DNA of 64,000 nucleotides, from the NCBI GenBank assembly GCA_046314755.1, contig JBKDBG010000017.1, positions 7,626 through 71,625 on the forward strand, read 5' to 3'. Of the stretch, positions 9,987 through 18,711 are shown one piece after another. This DNA comes from Bacteroidota bacterium. Its GTDB lineage: Bacteria > Bacteroidota > Bacteroidia > UKL13-3. The stretch's first letter is position 1. Every line of letters starts with the position of its first letter. The notes beneath the pieces were generated by a model. The model saw only the letters and a program-made list of their open reading frames with translations, made no database searches and was not told the DNA's origin. A program made the position numbers and the translations under genes.

Positions 9987-10631
9987 TTACAATCCTTCTC
10001 GAAGACAAAATTTCACATTAAGCAAGTAAACTCCCGGCTGTAAGTTTAAAGTAGGACGAATGCGGTAATCAACAGTAAAACTATACTCGCCATAATTAGT
10101 TATGTGCGAACCCGGTCTATTCACATTCGTTCCCGTACAAGTTCCACCGGCATTACTAACTCCGGGGCTATTTACGATGGGAATGTTTGTTGCAGTTGAT
10201 GGTAATGAAACGTAATTTGTACCTGTTAGTGAGGTATTACATGTATTGCGAAAACGCATTTCCAATAAACTCACTTGTGGCATTGGTGATGAAGTAGTGC
10301 CATACATCATAATGTTTTCCCACTCTGTTGCAGGAGATGCATTATTATCTAAATGTACACTTAAAAACCAACGGCAATCAGAAGGAGGAGCTGCATTTTC
10401 AGCAACAATAATTTTATACACCGATTGGCCGAATAGATTTACGCCTCGCAAATAATCGCCAAAAGAATAAAAAGTGAAGTTTATTACAGGCTCCCCTGTA
10501 AGTTCAATTTGAGATCCGGCACCGATACCACTGCAATTAGCTGTAGTAATGGGGGTACAAGAGGTTTGTGCTTTTATGCATAATGTGCTACTTAGTAAAC
10601 ACAATATGCCAATGAATATCTTGCCGTTCAT
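9987..10631 (-). CDS. Small secreted T/S/N/G-rich protein, a candidate fibre subunit and paralog of the next gene
   Basis: A 214-aa ORF with signal peptide MNGKIFIGILCLLSSTLCIKAQ. The C-terminal motif EYSFTVDYRIRPTLNLQPGVYLLNVKF is shared with the 290-aa neighbour (SDYRYVIDYRILPNLP...PGVYTMYVKY). It lies 3 bp upstream of the 1153-aa gene. Confidence 0.6.
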   Translation of the reverse strand: MNGKIFIGILCLLSSTLCIKAQTSCTPITTANCSGIGAGSQIELTGEPVINFTFYSFGDYLRGVNLFGQSVYKIIVAENAAPPSDCRWFLSVHLDNNASPATEWENIMMYGTTSSPMPQVSLLEMRFRNTCNTSLTGTNYVSLPSTATNIPIVNSPGVSNAGGTCTGTNVNRPGSHITNYGEYSFTVDYRIRPTLNLQPGVYLLNVKFCLREGL

Positions 10632-10685
10632 AAGTAAATTTTAAAAGCGGGCACTTAATGTGCCCGCTTTAATTTTGCTTTTTGA

Positions 10686-11558
10686 CTATTGGTCTTGAGC
10701 TAAAATATATTTTACATACATGGTGTATACACCAGGCTGAGCGTAAGTTGCGCCATCACCGGTTAATGTAGTTGCACCATCAGCAGCAATCATATATGGA
10801 GCTGTTGCATTGGTAGCGTTAACAGGGTTTGGAGCTACACGCATGTGGGCAGGAAAAGTTACCGGTAAGTTTGGTAAAATACGGTAATCAATTACATAAC
10901 GATAGTCTGACGTGTTTGCGTTAGAGTTTAGGATGTAACTACCACCTGCAATACTACATCCGGCACCTGTTCCTGTTCCACCTGCAATATACTTCTCAGA
11001 AGTACCTGCAGCGTTGGTTGAGGTAGGTGAAGTGTAAGGAGTAGTTGGGTTCGGGCAGTAAATATTGTTGTTACCCGGAGTCATGGTAGAGGTAGCTGCG
11101 GTTGTGATTGGTTGGAATACCGTAGAATAATCACTAGAAGCGGCAACTGTAGTTAAACAAGTTCCGATTGATGGATTACCGGGGAACTGTCTTAATTCAA
11201 GTGCAGTTAGTGGAATATCATCAGTTGCTCCGGTTGCTGAAGCGTACTCAACCGGATTATCCCATAAGAAGTTACCTTCTTGTCCTTGTGATAAACCTGC
11301 TGCCCATAAGTCGAAACTTACAGTAGCACTTACCTTAAGTATTGTAGCACCATACTTTACAATACCGGCATAGTACTCGTTAATTTCGTCAAATGTAAAG
11401 TCAAGTTGATCCGGACCTTCCATTTTTAATTGAAGAATAGGCTGTAAATCCATTGTAATGGTTACATTCTTCTCATCTTGCAACTGAGCAAAAGCTCCGT
11501 TAGTAAGCACCACAGCTCCCAGAGCCATGAATACTTTTCTGAGTTTAGTTGTTTTCAT
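10686..11558 (-). CDS. Small secreted T/S/N/G-rich protein, a candidate fibre subunit and paralog of the 214-aa protein
   Basis: A 290-aa ORF with signal peptide MKTTKLRKVFMALGAVVLTNGAFAQ. After the signal peptide there is an alternating hydrophobic stretch, VTITMDLQPILQLKM. The C-terminal DYRILP...PGVY motif is shared with the 214-aa protein. Confidence 0.6.
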   Translation of the reverse strand: MKTTKLRKVFMALGAVVLTNGAFAQLQDEKNVTITMDLQPILQLKMEGPDQLDFTFDEINEYYAGIVKYGATILKVSATVSFDLWAAGLSQGQEGNFLWDNPVEYASATGATDDIPLTALELRQFPGNPSIGTCLTTVAASSDYSTVFQPITTAATSTMTPGNNNIYCPNPTTPYTSPTSTNAAGTSEKYIAGGTGTGAGCSIAGGSYILNSNANTSDYRYVIDYRILPNLPVTFPAHMRVAPNPVNATNATAPYMIAADGATTLTGDGATYAQPGVYTMYVKYILAQDQ

Positions 11559-11578
11559 AAATTTTTAATTATGAGTTG

Positions 11579-12484
11579 TTATTTTTTGGGTTTTTGTTGT
11601 TTAGTTAAATTGCCAATTTCAAATTCAAGTTCTGCCGCTTCCAAAGTTTCGTCACTTCCAAAATCAAGAATTACTGAGGCTATATATTTTCCGGGGGGCA
11701 ATTCACCGGGTAAGGTAAAATCAAAGTTTCTTTCCTTTTTAGGGAATATGGTAAATTGCTTTGATGACAGTTTTGTTTTATATCCATTGTTAATATTCGT
11801 AAGTTCAATAAACATACGTGAAAAGCCTAAACCATCACCGGTATTAAAGGCCGTTGCATAAATTACACCTTTACTGTTTTGTGTGGTATCAGCAGAACCA
11901 ACAAATTTCAACTTGGTAAGTTCTAACTTATTTACTTTTACGTTTGGCGGATTTTGGAACATGTACACAGCAAAACCAAATGTTGGAATAATACCCATGG
12001 CAATGGCTTTTCCATCGGCATTTTTGGGTGCAATGGCTTGTCGCTCCTTCATCTGATCAATCATTAGCATGGTCCAGCCGGCTCGGTAACAATTTGCCGA
12101 ATCAGGCACAGCCAGGGTAATGGCAATCTTTTTGGCTTCACCCGGCTTCAACTCAACAAATGATGGTGAAATAGAAATCCACTTAGAAATGCCGTACTCG
12201 TGTTGCACATTGGCAGGCAGTTGTGTCACGGCCCCCCTATCACTCATGTCATAATCAGTTACACTAATCTTAAACTTTTCAGGATTTTTAGTATCATTAG
12301 TAATGGTTACATATTTTGTATCTGAATAACCCGGTATGGTAGTAAATTTTACCATAGAAGGCGCTACAGCCACGCCTAAATTGGTTATTGAATCTTTCAA
12401 TAATGGTTGTTGTGACTGCTGCGCAAACGCAATTAAAAATGAAAAAACGCTTACTGTTAATACAAGGAGTTTCCTAATGAACAT
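11579..12484 (-). CDS. Periplasmic two-beta-sandwich-domain protein, a candidate PapD-like pilus chaperone
   Basis: A 301-aa ORF with signal peptide ...FLIAFAQQ. The first domain, GVAVAPSMVKFTTIPGYSDTKYVTITNDTKNPEKFKISV...PSFVELKPGEAKKIAITLAVPD, follows the PapD/MSP-like strand pattern (vfPp..p.eq.ltv.N....p..f...v...P.f..L.Pge...i.i). The second domain, FTIFPKKERNFDFTLPGELPPGKYIASVILDF, is also beta-rich. It is the first gene of the four-gene operon, with a 20-bp gap to the next gene. The chaperone call is an inference. Confidence 0.45.
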   Translation of the reverse strand: MFIRKLLVLTVSVFSFLIAFAQQSQQPLLKDSITNLGVAVAPSMVKFTTIPGYSDTKYVTITNDTKNPEKFKISVTDYDMSDRGAVTQLPANVQHEYGISKWISISPSFVELKPGEAKKIAITLAVPDSANCYRAGWTMLMIDQMKERQAIAPKNADGKAIAMGIIPTFGFAVYMFQNPPNVKVNKLELTKLKFVGSADTTQNSKGVIYATAFNTGDGLGFSRMFIELTNINNGYKTKLSSKQFTIFPKKERNFDFTLPGELPPGKYIASVILDFGSDETLEAAELEFEIGNLTKQQKPKK

Positions 12485-12794
12485 GTTATTTTTTTATTTG
12501 AATAGCTTTTTATCAATATTAGATAAATATACAAGGGACTCAAATTAAAATAATTTAATACACCGCGGCTTTTCTTATTTTTCGGCACAAAAAGGCTAAA
12601 ACCGTATAATTAAGTGTACAAAATGACGGTTAACTCAATGACATTTGACAATAATTAACTTAAATTTTCTAAAAAATTAATCCCCTTCAGAGGCATCAGC
12701 TTGTCTTGTCAATTACAATTATTGATTAATCATAAACATTTTGCATTGATAATTACCGTATTTATTAAGGCGCGGTGCGTTATTTGTGCCTAAG

Positions 12795-12829
12795 TTTTAG
12801 CAATGGAGCACTTTTTGACGTTATATTTG
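12795..12829 (+). promoter_or_regulatory. Candidate Bacteroidetes sigma-A-type promoter (-7 element TAtaTTTG) for the TPR gene
   Basis: TATATTTG at 12822-12829 matches the Bacteroidetes -7 consensus TAnnTTTG, 25 nt upstream of the ATG at 12854. A T-rich stretch (AGTTTTAG) lies about 22 nt further upstream, but the -33 TTG is not clean. Confidence 0.3.
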
Positions 12830-12853
12830 TTTATCATATAATTATTAAAGGTT

Positions 12854-14266
12854 ATGGATGGTGATGATTTTTTGGATGAAGAAGTGCAACCGGTACTTCA
12901 GCGTTATGAAAAGATGCTGAAAAATAAAACGAAGGAATTTTTTGAAGCTGAAGAGCTTGAAGACATATGTGATTATTATCTGCGGAAAGATAAATTAAAG
13001 AAGGCCCTTGAGGTGGTTTATTTTGCAGAGGAGTTCTATCCATTATATGTAGGCTTTATGATTCAAAAGGCCGAAATATTTGCAGGGCTAGGTAAATTAG
13101 ATGATGCCATAGAGGTATTAGACAAAGCAGAACTGTATGAACCCAACAACGAAGACTTATTCCTAATTCGCGGAGAGGTGTTTCTGTTTAAAAACCAAAT
13201 TGATTTTGCCGAAGAATGTTTTGAGCGAGCACTTGATTTAGCCTCAGACAAGGTAACCATGTTGTTTGATATTGCTTACGCTTACGAGGAAGAAGACAAG
13301 CAAGATTTTGCACACAAATATTTTAAAATGGTGTTGGAAGAGGAAGAAGAAAATGAAGAAGCACACTTTGCTATTGCACAATTGTTTGATGAACAAGGCG
13401 AATTTGACAAGGCGGTTGAATACTTAAATAAACTTATTGATGTGGATCCTTACAACAACACAGCATGGTTTAATCTTGGTGTTACCTACAGCAAAATGAG
13501 CCTGTTTGAAAAAGCTGTTGAAGCCTTCGACTTTTGTATTACCATTGATGAAGAATTTGATGGTGCACATTTTCACAAGGCTAATGCATTGGTGGAACTA
13601 GATGAATACGAAAAAGCCATTGAGGTGTATTTGGAATGCGTTAAACATTTTGGCCCTGATGCCATAACGTATTGCAACTTGGCCAGTTGTTACGAACAAA
13701 ACAACGAACATTTAAAGGCCAGAGAATATTACAAAATGGCCACCAAAATCAATCCAAACATTGCCGAAGCATGGTTTGGAATTGGATTAACCTATGACAA
13801 AGAAGATGCGGTTAAACAAGCCATTCCATACTTTAAACGCGCAATATTACTTGATGCAGAAAACACAGATTTTTTATTCGCACTTGCAGAAGCAGAATAT
13901 AAAATTGGTAAGGTTGATGAAGCGGTTACCATCTATGAAGAAATTTTAGAAATCAACCCCTATTTATACGAGGCTTGGCTCGATTGGTCGTATGTGCTGT
14001 TTGTTGAACAACGCACACAAGAGGCGATTGCGCTACTTTTTAACGCCTTAAAACATTTTCCAGAACAACATCAAATTTACTATCGTTTATGTTGTTATTT
14101 ATTTGATACGGGGAAAACAAAATCAGCATTGGAGTATCTGGAAAAAGCACTTAGCATAAATGCAGATGATAGTTTTTTGATTTACGAAATCATGCCAGAA
14201 TTACAACACGTTACTGACATTACAAATACCATAGCAGCATATAAAAACAACAATGAAAAACTTTAA
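12854..14266 (+). CDS. Tetratricopeptide (TPR) repeat protein
   Basis: A 470-aa ORF with multiple 34-residue TPR-like repeats (EEAHFAIAQLFDEQGEFDKAVEYLNKLIDVDPYNNTAWFNLGVTYSKMSLFEKAVEAFDFCITIDEE... and AEAWFGIGLTYDKEDAVKQAIPYFKRAILLDAEN). It is acidic and has no signal peptide. Confidence 0.85.
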   Translation: MDGDDFLDEEVQPVLQRYEKMLKNKTKEFFEAEELEDICDYYLRKDKLKKALEVVYFAEEFYPLYVGFMIQKAEIFAGLGKLDDAIEVLDKAELYEPNNEDLFLIRGEVFLFKNQIDFAEECFERALDLASDKVTMLFDIAYAYEEEDKQDFAHKYFKMVLEEEEENEEAHFAIAQLFDEQGEFDKAVEYLNKLIDVDPYNNTAWFNLGVTYSKMSLFEKAVEAFDFCITIDEEFDGAHFHKANALVELDEYEKAIEVYLECVKHFGPDAITYCNLASCYEQNNEHLKAREYYKMATKINPNIAEAWFGIGLTYDKEDAVKQAIPYFKRAILLDAENTDFLFALAEAEYKIGKVDEAVTIYEEILEINPYLYEAWLDWSYVLFVEQRTQEAIALLFNALKHFPEQHQIYYRLCCYLFDTGKTKSALEYLEKALSINADDSFLIYEIMPELQHVTDITNTIAAYKNNNEKL

Positions 14267-15044
14267 ACTCAAACAAATTCCTGAAAGAACAATCAAGCCA
14301 CGTAAAAATGGGATTACCATGGTTATGGATAAAGGTTTAAGCGTAAGTGAAGTGGCCAATTTTATTGAGGCAAACAGCGATTATGTTGATTTGGTTAAGT
14401 TCGGTTTTGGCACATCCATGGTTACACCGCGACTTGACGAAAAAATTAAGCTTTATAAAGAGGCCGGCATTGGTGTTTACTTTGGCGGAACATTATTTGA
14501 AGCTTTTATTGTACGCAATCAGTACGATGATTTTTTATCGCTAATTGACAAGTACCAACTTGAGTATGTTGAAGTATCGGACGGTTCCATTGAAATGCCA
14601 CATGAGATCAAATTGGAATACATCAATAAACTCAGCAAACATGCAATAGTATTAAGTGAAGTTGGAAGTAAAGATGTAGAAAAAATTATTCCTCCATACC
14701 AATGGATTGAATTAATGAAAGCAGAGCTAAAAGCCGGAGCGTGGAAAGTAATTGCTGAAGCGCGTGAGGCAGGTAATGTGGGTGTTTACCGAAGCAGTGG
14801 TGAGGTACGCGAAGGGTTGGTACAAGAGATTTTAACAAAAATTGATGGTGAAAAAATTATTTGGGAAGCACCACAAAAAGCACAACAAACCTACTTTATC
14901 AAGTTGGTTGATACAAACGTAAACTTAGGAAATATCGCCCCGAATGATGTTATTCCTTTAGAAACCTTACGTTTAGGATTAAGAAGTGATACTTTTAATT
15001 TCTTCTTGAACAAAAGCGCTAAATTCATTCCAAAAAAGAAGTAA
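14253..15044 (+). CDS. ComA-like (2R)-phospho-3-sulfolactate synthase family protein (PF02679-type)
   Basis: A 263-aa ORF. MVMDKGL...DYVDLVKFGFGTS...GIGVYFGGTLFE...EYVEVSDGS matches the conserved blocks of ComA/YitD as I recall them. The start overlaps the TPR gene stop by 14 nt. Confidence 0.7.
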   Translation: MKNFKLKQIPERTIKPRKNGITMVMDKGLSVSEVANFIEANSDYVDLVKFGFGTSMVTPRLDEKIKLYKEAGIGVYFGGTLFEAFIVRNQYDDFLSLIDKYQLEYVEVSDGSIEMPHEIKLEYINKLSKHAIVLSEVGSKDVEKIIPPYQWIELMKAELKAGAWKVIAEAREAGNVGVYRSSGEVREGLVQEILTKIDGEKIIWEAPQKAQQTYFIKLVDTNVNLGNIAPNDVIPLETLRLGLRSDTFNFFLNKSAKFIPKKK

Positions 15045-15105
15045 AAACGCTGTTCAATTGTATAAGCATATTTCTTATTTTCGTACGAATTATTAGCATT
15101 ACATC

Positions 15106-15558
15106 ATGAGTTTACAACAACAAGTTAATTCAGATATTATTACAGCCATGAAGGCAAAAGACGAAGCCTCGTTGCGTGCATTGCGTGCAATTAAGTCGGC
15201 TTTGTTATTGGCAGCTACAGCTGAGGGTGCAAAAGGTGATACGGTTAGTGATGAAGAGGCCGTTAAATTGCTTCAAAAACTTGCGAAACAACGGAAGGAA
15301 AGTATGGATATTTACGAAAAAAACGGAAGAACAGACTTGGCTAAAACCGAAAAAGAAGAGTTAGATGTAATTGAACGTTACTTGCCTAAACAAATGAGCG
15401 AAGAAGAAATCAAAGCCATACTAGGCAATTTAATTAAAGAAGTTGGCGCCACCGGCAGTGGCGACTTTGGAAAAGTAATGCCTTTAGCTATGAAAGCACT
15501 GGCAGGAAAAGCAGACGGAAAAGTAATTTCAGCTGTACTCAAAGAATTATTAGGATAA
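15106..15558 (+). CDS. GatB/YqeY domain-containing protein
   Basis: A 150-aa ORF. MSLQQQVNSDIITAMKAKDEASLRALRAIKSALLLA...ERYLPKQMSEEEIKAIL...GDFGKVMPLAMKALAGKADGKVISAVLKELLG is the typical YqeY sequence. Confidence 0.85.
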   Translation: MSLQQQVNSDIITAMKAKDEASLRALRAIKSALLLAATAEGAKGDTVSDEEAVKLLQKLAKQRKESMDIYEKNGRTDLAKTEKEELDVIERYLPKQMSEEEIKAILGNLIKEVGATGSGDFGKVMPLAMKALAGKADGKVISAVLKELLG

Positions 15559-15582
15559 TCGAATTTATTGATATTTTGCATG

Positions 15583-15616
15583 AAGGGGCGTACTTGTGCG
15601 CCCCTTATGTATGTTT
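15583..15616 (+). terminator. Rho-independent terminator after the GatB/YqeY gene
   Basis: Stem AAGGGGCG (15583-15590) pairs with CGCCCCTT (15599-15606), with an 8-nt loop, followed by the T-rich ATGTATGTTT. It lies 25 nt after the stop codon. Confidence 0.5.
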
Positions 15617-15630
15617 AAAAAACCAAATTT

Positions 15631-16338
15631 ATGACAGACGAAGAGAGAATTAAAAGAGCATTTGAAAAAAAACACTGGCCTGAAATTAAAGTAACCGATA
15701 GCTGGGCTACGTTTAAAATCATGGCAGAATTTGTTGAGGGGTTTGAAAAAATGAGTAGAATTGGTCCATGTGTTTCCATATTCGGTTCAGCTCGTACCAA
15801 AGAAAACAACAAATATTATTTATTGGCAGAAGAAATTGCACGTAAATTGGTTAATGCCGGTTTTGGTGTAATTACGGGTGGTGGACCGGGCATTATGGAG
15901 GCCGGAAACAAAGGCGCCTACGAAGCAGGAGGCAAATCGGTTGGACTTGGTATTGAATTGCCTTTTGAGCAATTTGTAAACCGTTTTGTCGACCGCGATA
16001 AGATGATTAACTTCGATTACTTTTTCGTGAGAAAAGTAATGTTTATGAAATATGCACAAGGGTTTGTTGCCATGCCGGGGGGGTTTGGAACCATGGACGA
16101 ATTATTTGAAGCTCTAACCTTGATTCAAACACATAAAGTAGCACGTTTTCCGGTGGTGTTGGTAGGCAGTGAATATTGGAGCGGATTACTGGCTTGGCTC
16201 AAAACAACCATGTGCGATGCAGAACGCAACATCAATCCTGAAGATATGGATTTATTCAAAGTGGTTGATAGTGCCGATGATGCCGTAAACTATATTTTAG
16301 ATTACTATGCTGAGATGTCAATCAGCCCGAATTTTTAA
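15631..16338 (+). CDS. LOG-family protein (TIGR00730 Rossmann-fold nucleotide-binding / cytokinin riboside 5'-monophosphate phosphoribohydrolase-like)
   Basis: A 235-aa ORF. IFGSARTKENNKYY...GFGVITGGGPGIMEAGNKGA...GGKSVGLGIELPFEQ...PGGFGTMDELFEALTLIQTHK shows the LOG-family signature blocks (GGGxGxME, PGGxGTxxE). Confidence 0.9.
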   Translation: MTDEERIKRAFEKKHWPEIKVTDSWATFKIMAEFVEGFEKMSRIGPCVSIFGSARTKENNKYYLLAEEIARKLVNAGFGVITGGGPGIMEAGNKGAYEAGGKSVGLGIELPFEQFVNRFVDRDKMINFDYFFVRKVMFMKYAQGFVAMPGGFGTMDELFEALTLIQTHKVARFPVVLVGSEYWSGLLAWLKTTMCDAERNINPEDMDLFKVVDSADDAVNYILDYYAEMSISPNF

Positions 16339-16362
16339 TTAAAAAGCCAACGATAAGAAACA

Positions 16363-18624
16363 ATGAGTTCATTAAAAGAAGATGCACTAAAATACCACAG
16401 CAAAGGAAGACCGGGTAAAATTGAAGTTGTGCCCACAAAGCCAACCAATACCAAACGCGATTTAAGTTTGGCCTATTCACCCGGTGTTGCTGAACCCTGC
16501 ATAGCTATTGCCGAAAACAAAGAAGATGTATACAAATACACCGCTAAAGGAAACTTGGTAGCTGTTATCAGCAATGGAACAGCCGTTTTGGGTTTGGGGG
16601 ATATTGGCCCTGAAGCCTCAAAACCGGTGATGGAAGGAAAAGGCGTGTTATTCAAAATCTTTGCAGACATTGATGTATTTGATATTGAAATCAACACCAA
16701 AGACACCGAAGAATTTATTAAGACAGTTAAAGCCATTAGCCCAACTTTTGGTGGCATTAACCTTGAAGATATTAAAGCGCCCGAGTGTTTTGAAATTGAA
16801 CGCAGGTTGAAAGAAGAATTGGATATTCCAATTATGCATGACGACCAACACGGCACGGCCATTATTACCGGTGCAGGTTTGCTAAATGCACTGGAACTTG
16901 TAAAAAAAGATATTGGTAAAGTAAAGGTGGTGTTTAACGGGGCTGGCGCATCAGCCATGAGTTGTGCTAAAATCTTCTTAAGCCTAGGTGTGAAAAAAGA
17001 AAACCTCATCATGTGCGACAGCAAAGGCGTGATTAGAACAGACAGCCCAAATCTTGATGAATCAAAGGTGTTTTTTGCCACTTCACACCCGGTAAAAACT
17101 TTAGCAGAAGCGATGGTTGGTGCAGATGTTTTTGTTGGTTTAAGCAAAGGAAATGTAGTAAATCAAGATATGGTACGCAGCATGGCAAATGACCCGATTG
17201 TATTTGCACTTGCTAATCCCGATCCTGAAATTTCTTATCAAGAAGCATTGGCTTCAAGGCCTGATGTTATTATTGCCACAGGGAGAAGCGATCATCCAAA
17301 TCAAGTGAATAATGTATTGGGGTTCCCGTACATTTTTAGAGGCGCATTAGATGTGCGTGCCACTAAAATAAATGAGGAAATGAAACTTGCGGCAGTACAT
17401 GCACTTGCGCAACTCACCAAAGAGCCTGTTCCTGAAATTGTGAACATGGCTTACAATGAAAAAAATATTTCATTTGGTCGCACGTATATCATACCAAAGC
17501 CGCTTGACCCGCGATTAATTACTACTGTTTCTCCTGCAGTAGCTAAGGCTGCCATGGAAAGCGGTGTAGCCAAAGGTAGTATTACCGATTGGGAAGCTTA
17601 CCATAATGAGTTGTTAAACCGTTTAGGAAAAGAAAGTAATTTCATCCGTGTAATTGGCAGTAAGGCACGTAAAAACCCAAAACGTGTGGTTTTTGCCGAA
17701 GCCGATAATTATAAAATTTTACGTGCCGCACAAATTGTAAAAGATGAAGGCATGGCCATTCCAATTTTGTTGGGAGACAAAAACAAGATTGAAGCCATCA
17801 TCAAAGAAAACCACATAAAGCTGGAAGATGTGCAAATCATCAATCCACTTGAAGAACATGACAAACGTGCACAATATGCCGAGTTGTTTTATGCCAAACG
17901 CCAGCGCAAAGGTATCACATTGTATGAGGCAAATAAATTAATGCGCGACCGTAATCACTTCGCACCAATGATGGTTGAAATCGGTGAAGCAGATGCAATG
18001 ATTTCGGGACTTACCAAAAACTATCCAAGCACCATTCGTCCGGCTTTACAAATTCTTGGTAAAGAAGAAGGCATAAGCAAAGTGGCCGGCATGTATGTAA
18101 TGCTTACCAATCAAGGAACTTTGTTTTTCTCTGACACCACCGTTAATAAAGATCCAAGCGTAAATGATATTGTTGACATTACCAAGCTTACTTATGATGC
18201 TGTTAAAAAGTTTAACATCAACCCAAGCATAGCCTTGTTATCTTACAGTAATTTTGGAAGCGCTGACGGAAAAACACCAAGCAAGATGAGTGAAGCCAGA
18301 GAGATATTAAAACAGCGTTATCCATACATGGTGGTTGATGGTGATATTCAAGCAAACGTTGCCTTGAGCCAAAAAATGCTAAAGGAGAATTTTCCTTTTA
18401 GTGAGTTGTGTGACAATCCGGTAAACACCTTAATATTCCCGAACCTATCGGCAGGTAATATTGCTTACAAACTCTTGCAACAAGCCGGTAGTGCAGAGGC
18501 TATTGGACCTGTATTGTTAGGGTTAAAAAAATCGGCACATGTATTACAACTTGGAAGCAGCGTGCGTGAAATTGTAAACATGGTGATTATTGCCGTGGTT
18601 GATGCACAAAGTAAAGAAGTGTAA
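16363..18624 (+). CDS. maeB: NADP-dependent malic enzyme, a malic enzyme fused to a phosphotransacetylase-like C-terminal domain
   Basis: A 753-aa ORF. The N-terminus [19 protein letters not shown]...[14 protein letters not shown]...[15 protein letters not shown]...VFNGAGASA is the standard bacterial MaeB pattern. Its length fits the two-domain form. Confidence 0.9.
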   Translation: MSSLKEDALKYHSKGRPGKIEVVPTKPTNTKRDLSLAYSPGVAEPCIAIAENKEDVYKYTAKGNLVAVISNGTAVLGLGDIGPEASKPVMEGKGVLFKIFADIDVFDIEINTKDTEEFIKTVKAISPTFGGINLEDIKAPECFEIERRLKEELDIPIMHDDQHGTAIITGAGLLNALELVKKDIGKVKVVFNGAGASAMSCAKIFLSLGVKKENLIMCDSKGVIRTDSPNLDESKVFFATSHPVKTLAEAMVGADVFVGLSKGNVVNQDMVRSMANDPIVFALANPDPEISYQEALASRPDVIIATGRSDHPNQVNNVLGFPYIFRGALDVRATKINEEMKLAAVHALAQLTKEPVPEIVNMAYNEKNISFGRTYIIPKPLDPRLITTVSPAVAKAAMESGVAKGSITDWEAYHNELLNRLGKESNFIRVIGSKARKNPKRVVFAEADNYKILRAAQIVKDEGMAIPILLGDKNKIEAIIKENHIKLEDVQIINPLEEHDKRAQYAELFYAKRQRKGITLYEANKLMRDRNHFAPMMVEIGEADAMISGLTKNYPSTIRPALQILGKEEGISKVAGMYVMLTNQGTLFFSDTTVNKDPSVNDIVDITKLTYDAVKKFNINPSIALLSYSNFGSADGKTPSKMSEAREILKQRYPYMVVDGDIQANVALSQKMLKENFPFSELCDNPVNTLIFPNLSAGNIAYKLLQQAGSAEAIGPVLLGLKKSAHVLQLGSSVREIVNMVIIAVVDAQSKEV

Positions 18625-18646
18625 TATTATTTAATTACTCCTCATA

Positions 18647-18685
18647 ACACTCCGATGCAACTTTTTGTGTCGGAGTGTTTTTGTT
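18647..18685 (+). terminator. Rho-independent terminator after maeB
   Basis: Stem ACACTCCGA (18647-18655) pairs with TCGGAGTGT (18670-18678), followed by TTTTGTT. The loop is long, at 14 nt. Confidence 0.45.
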
Positions 18686-18711
18686 ATAGCTTAGCAATAA
18701 AATAATTATTC

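Noticed and set aside
16473-17147. A 224-aa minus-strand ORF inside maeB
   Set aside because: It is antisense to a highly conserved, unmistakable malic enzyme coding region. Its product is low-complexity.
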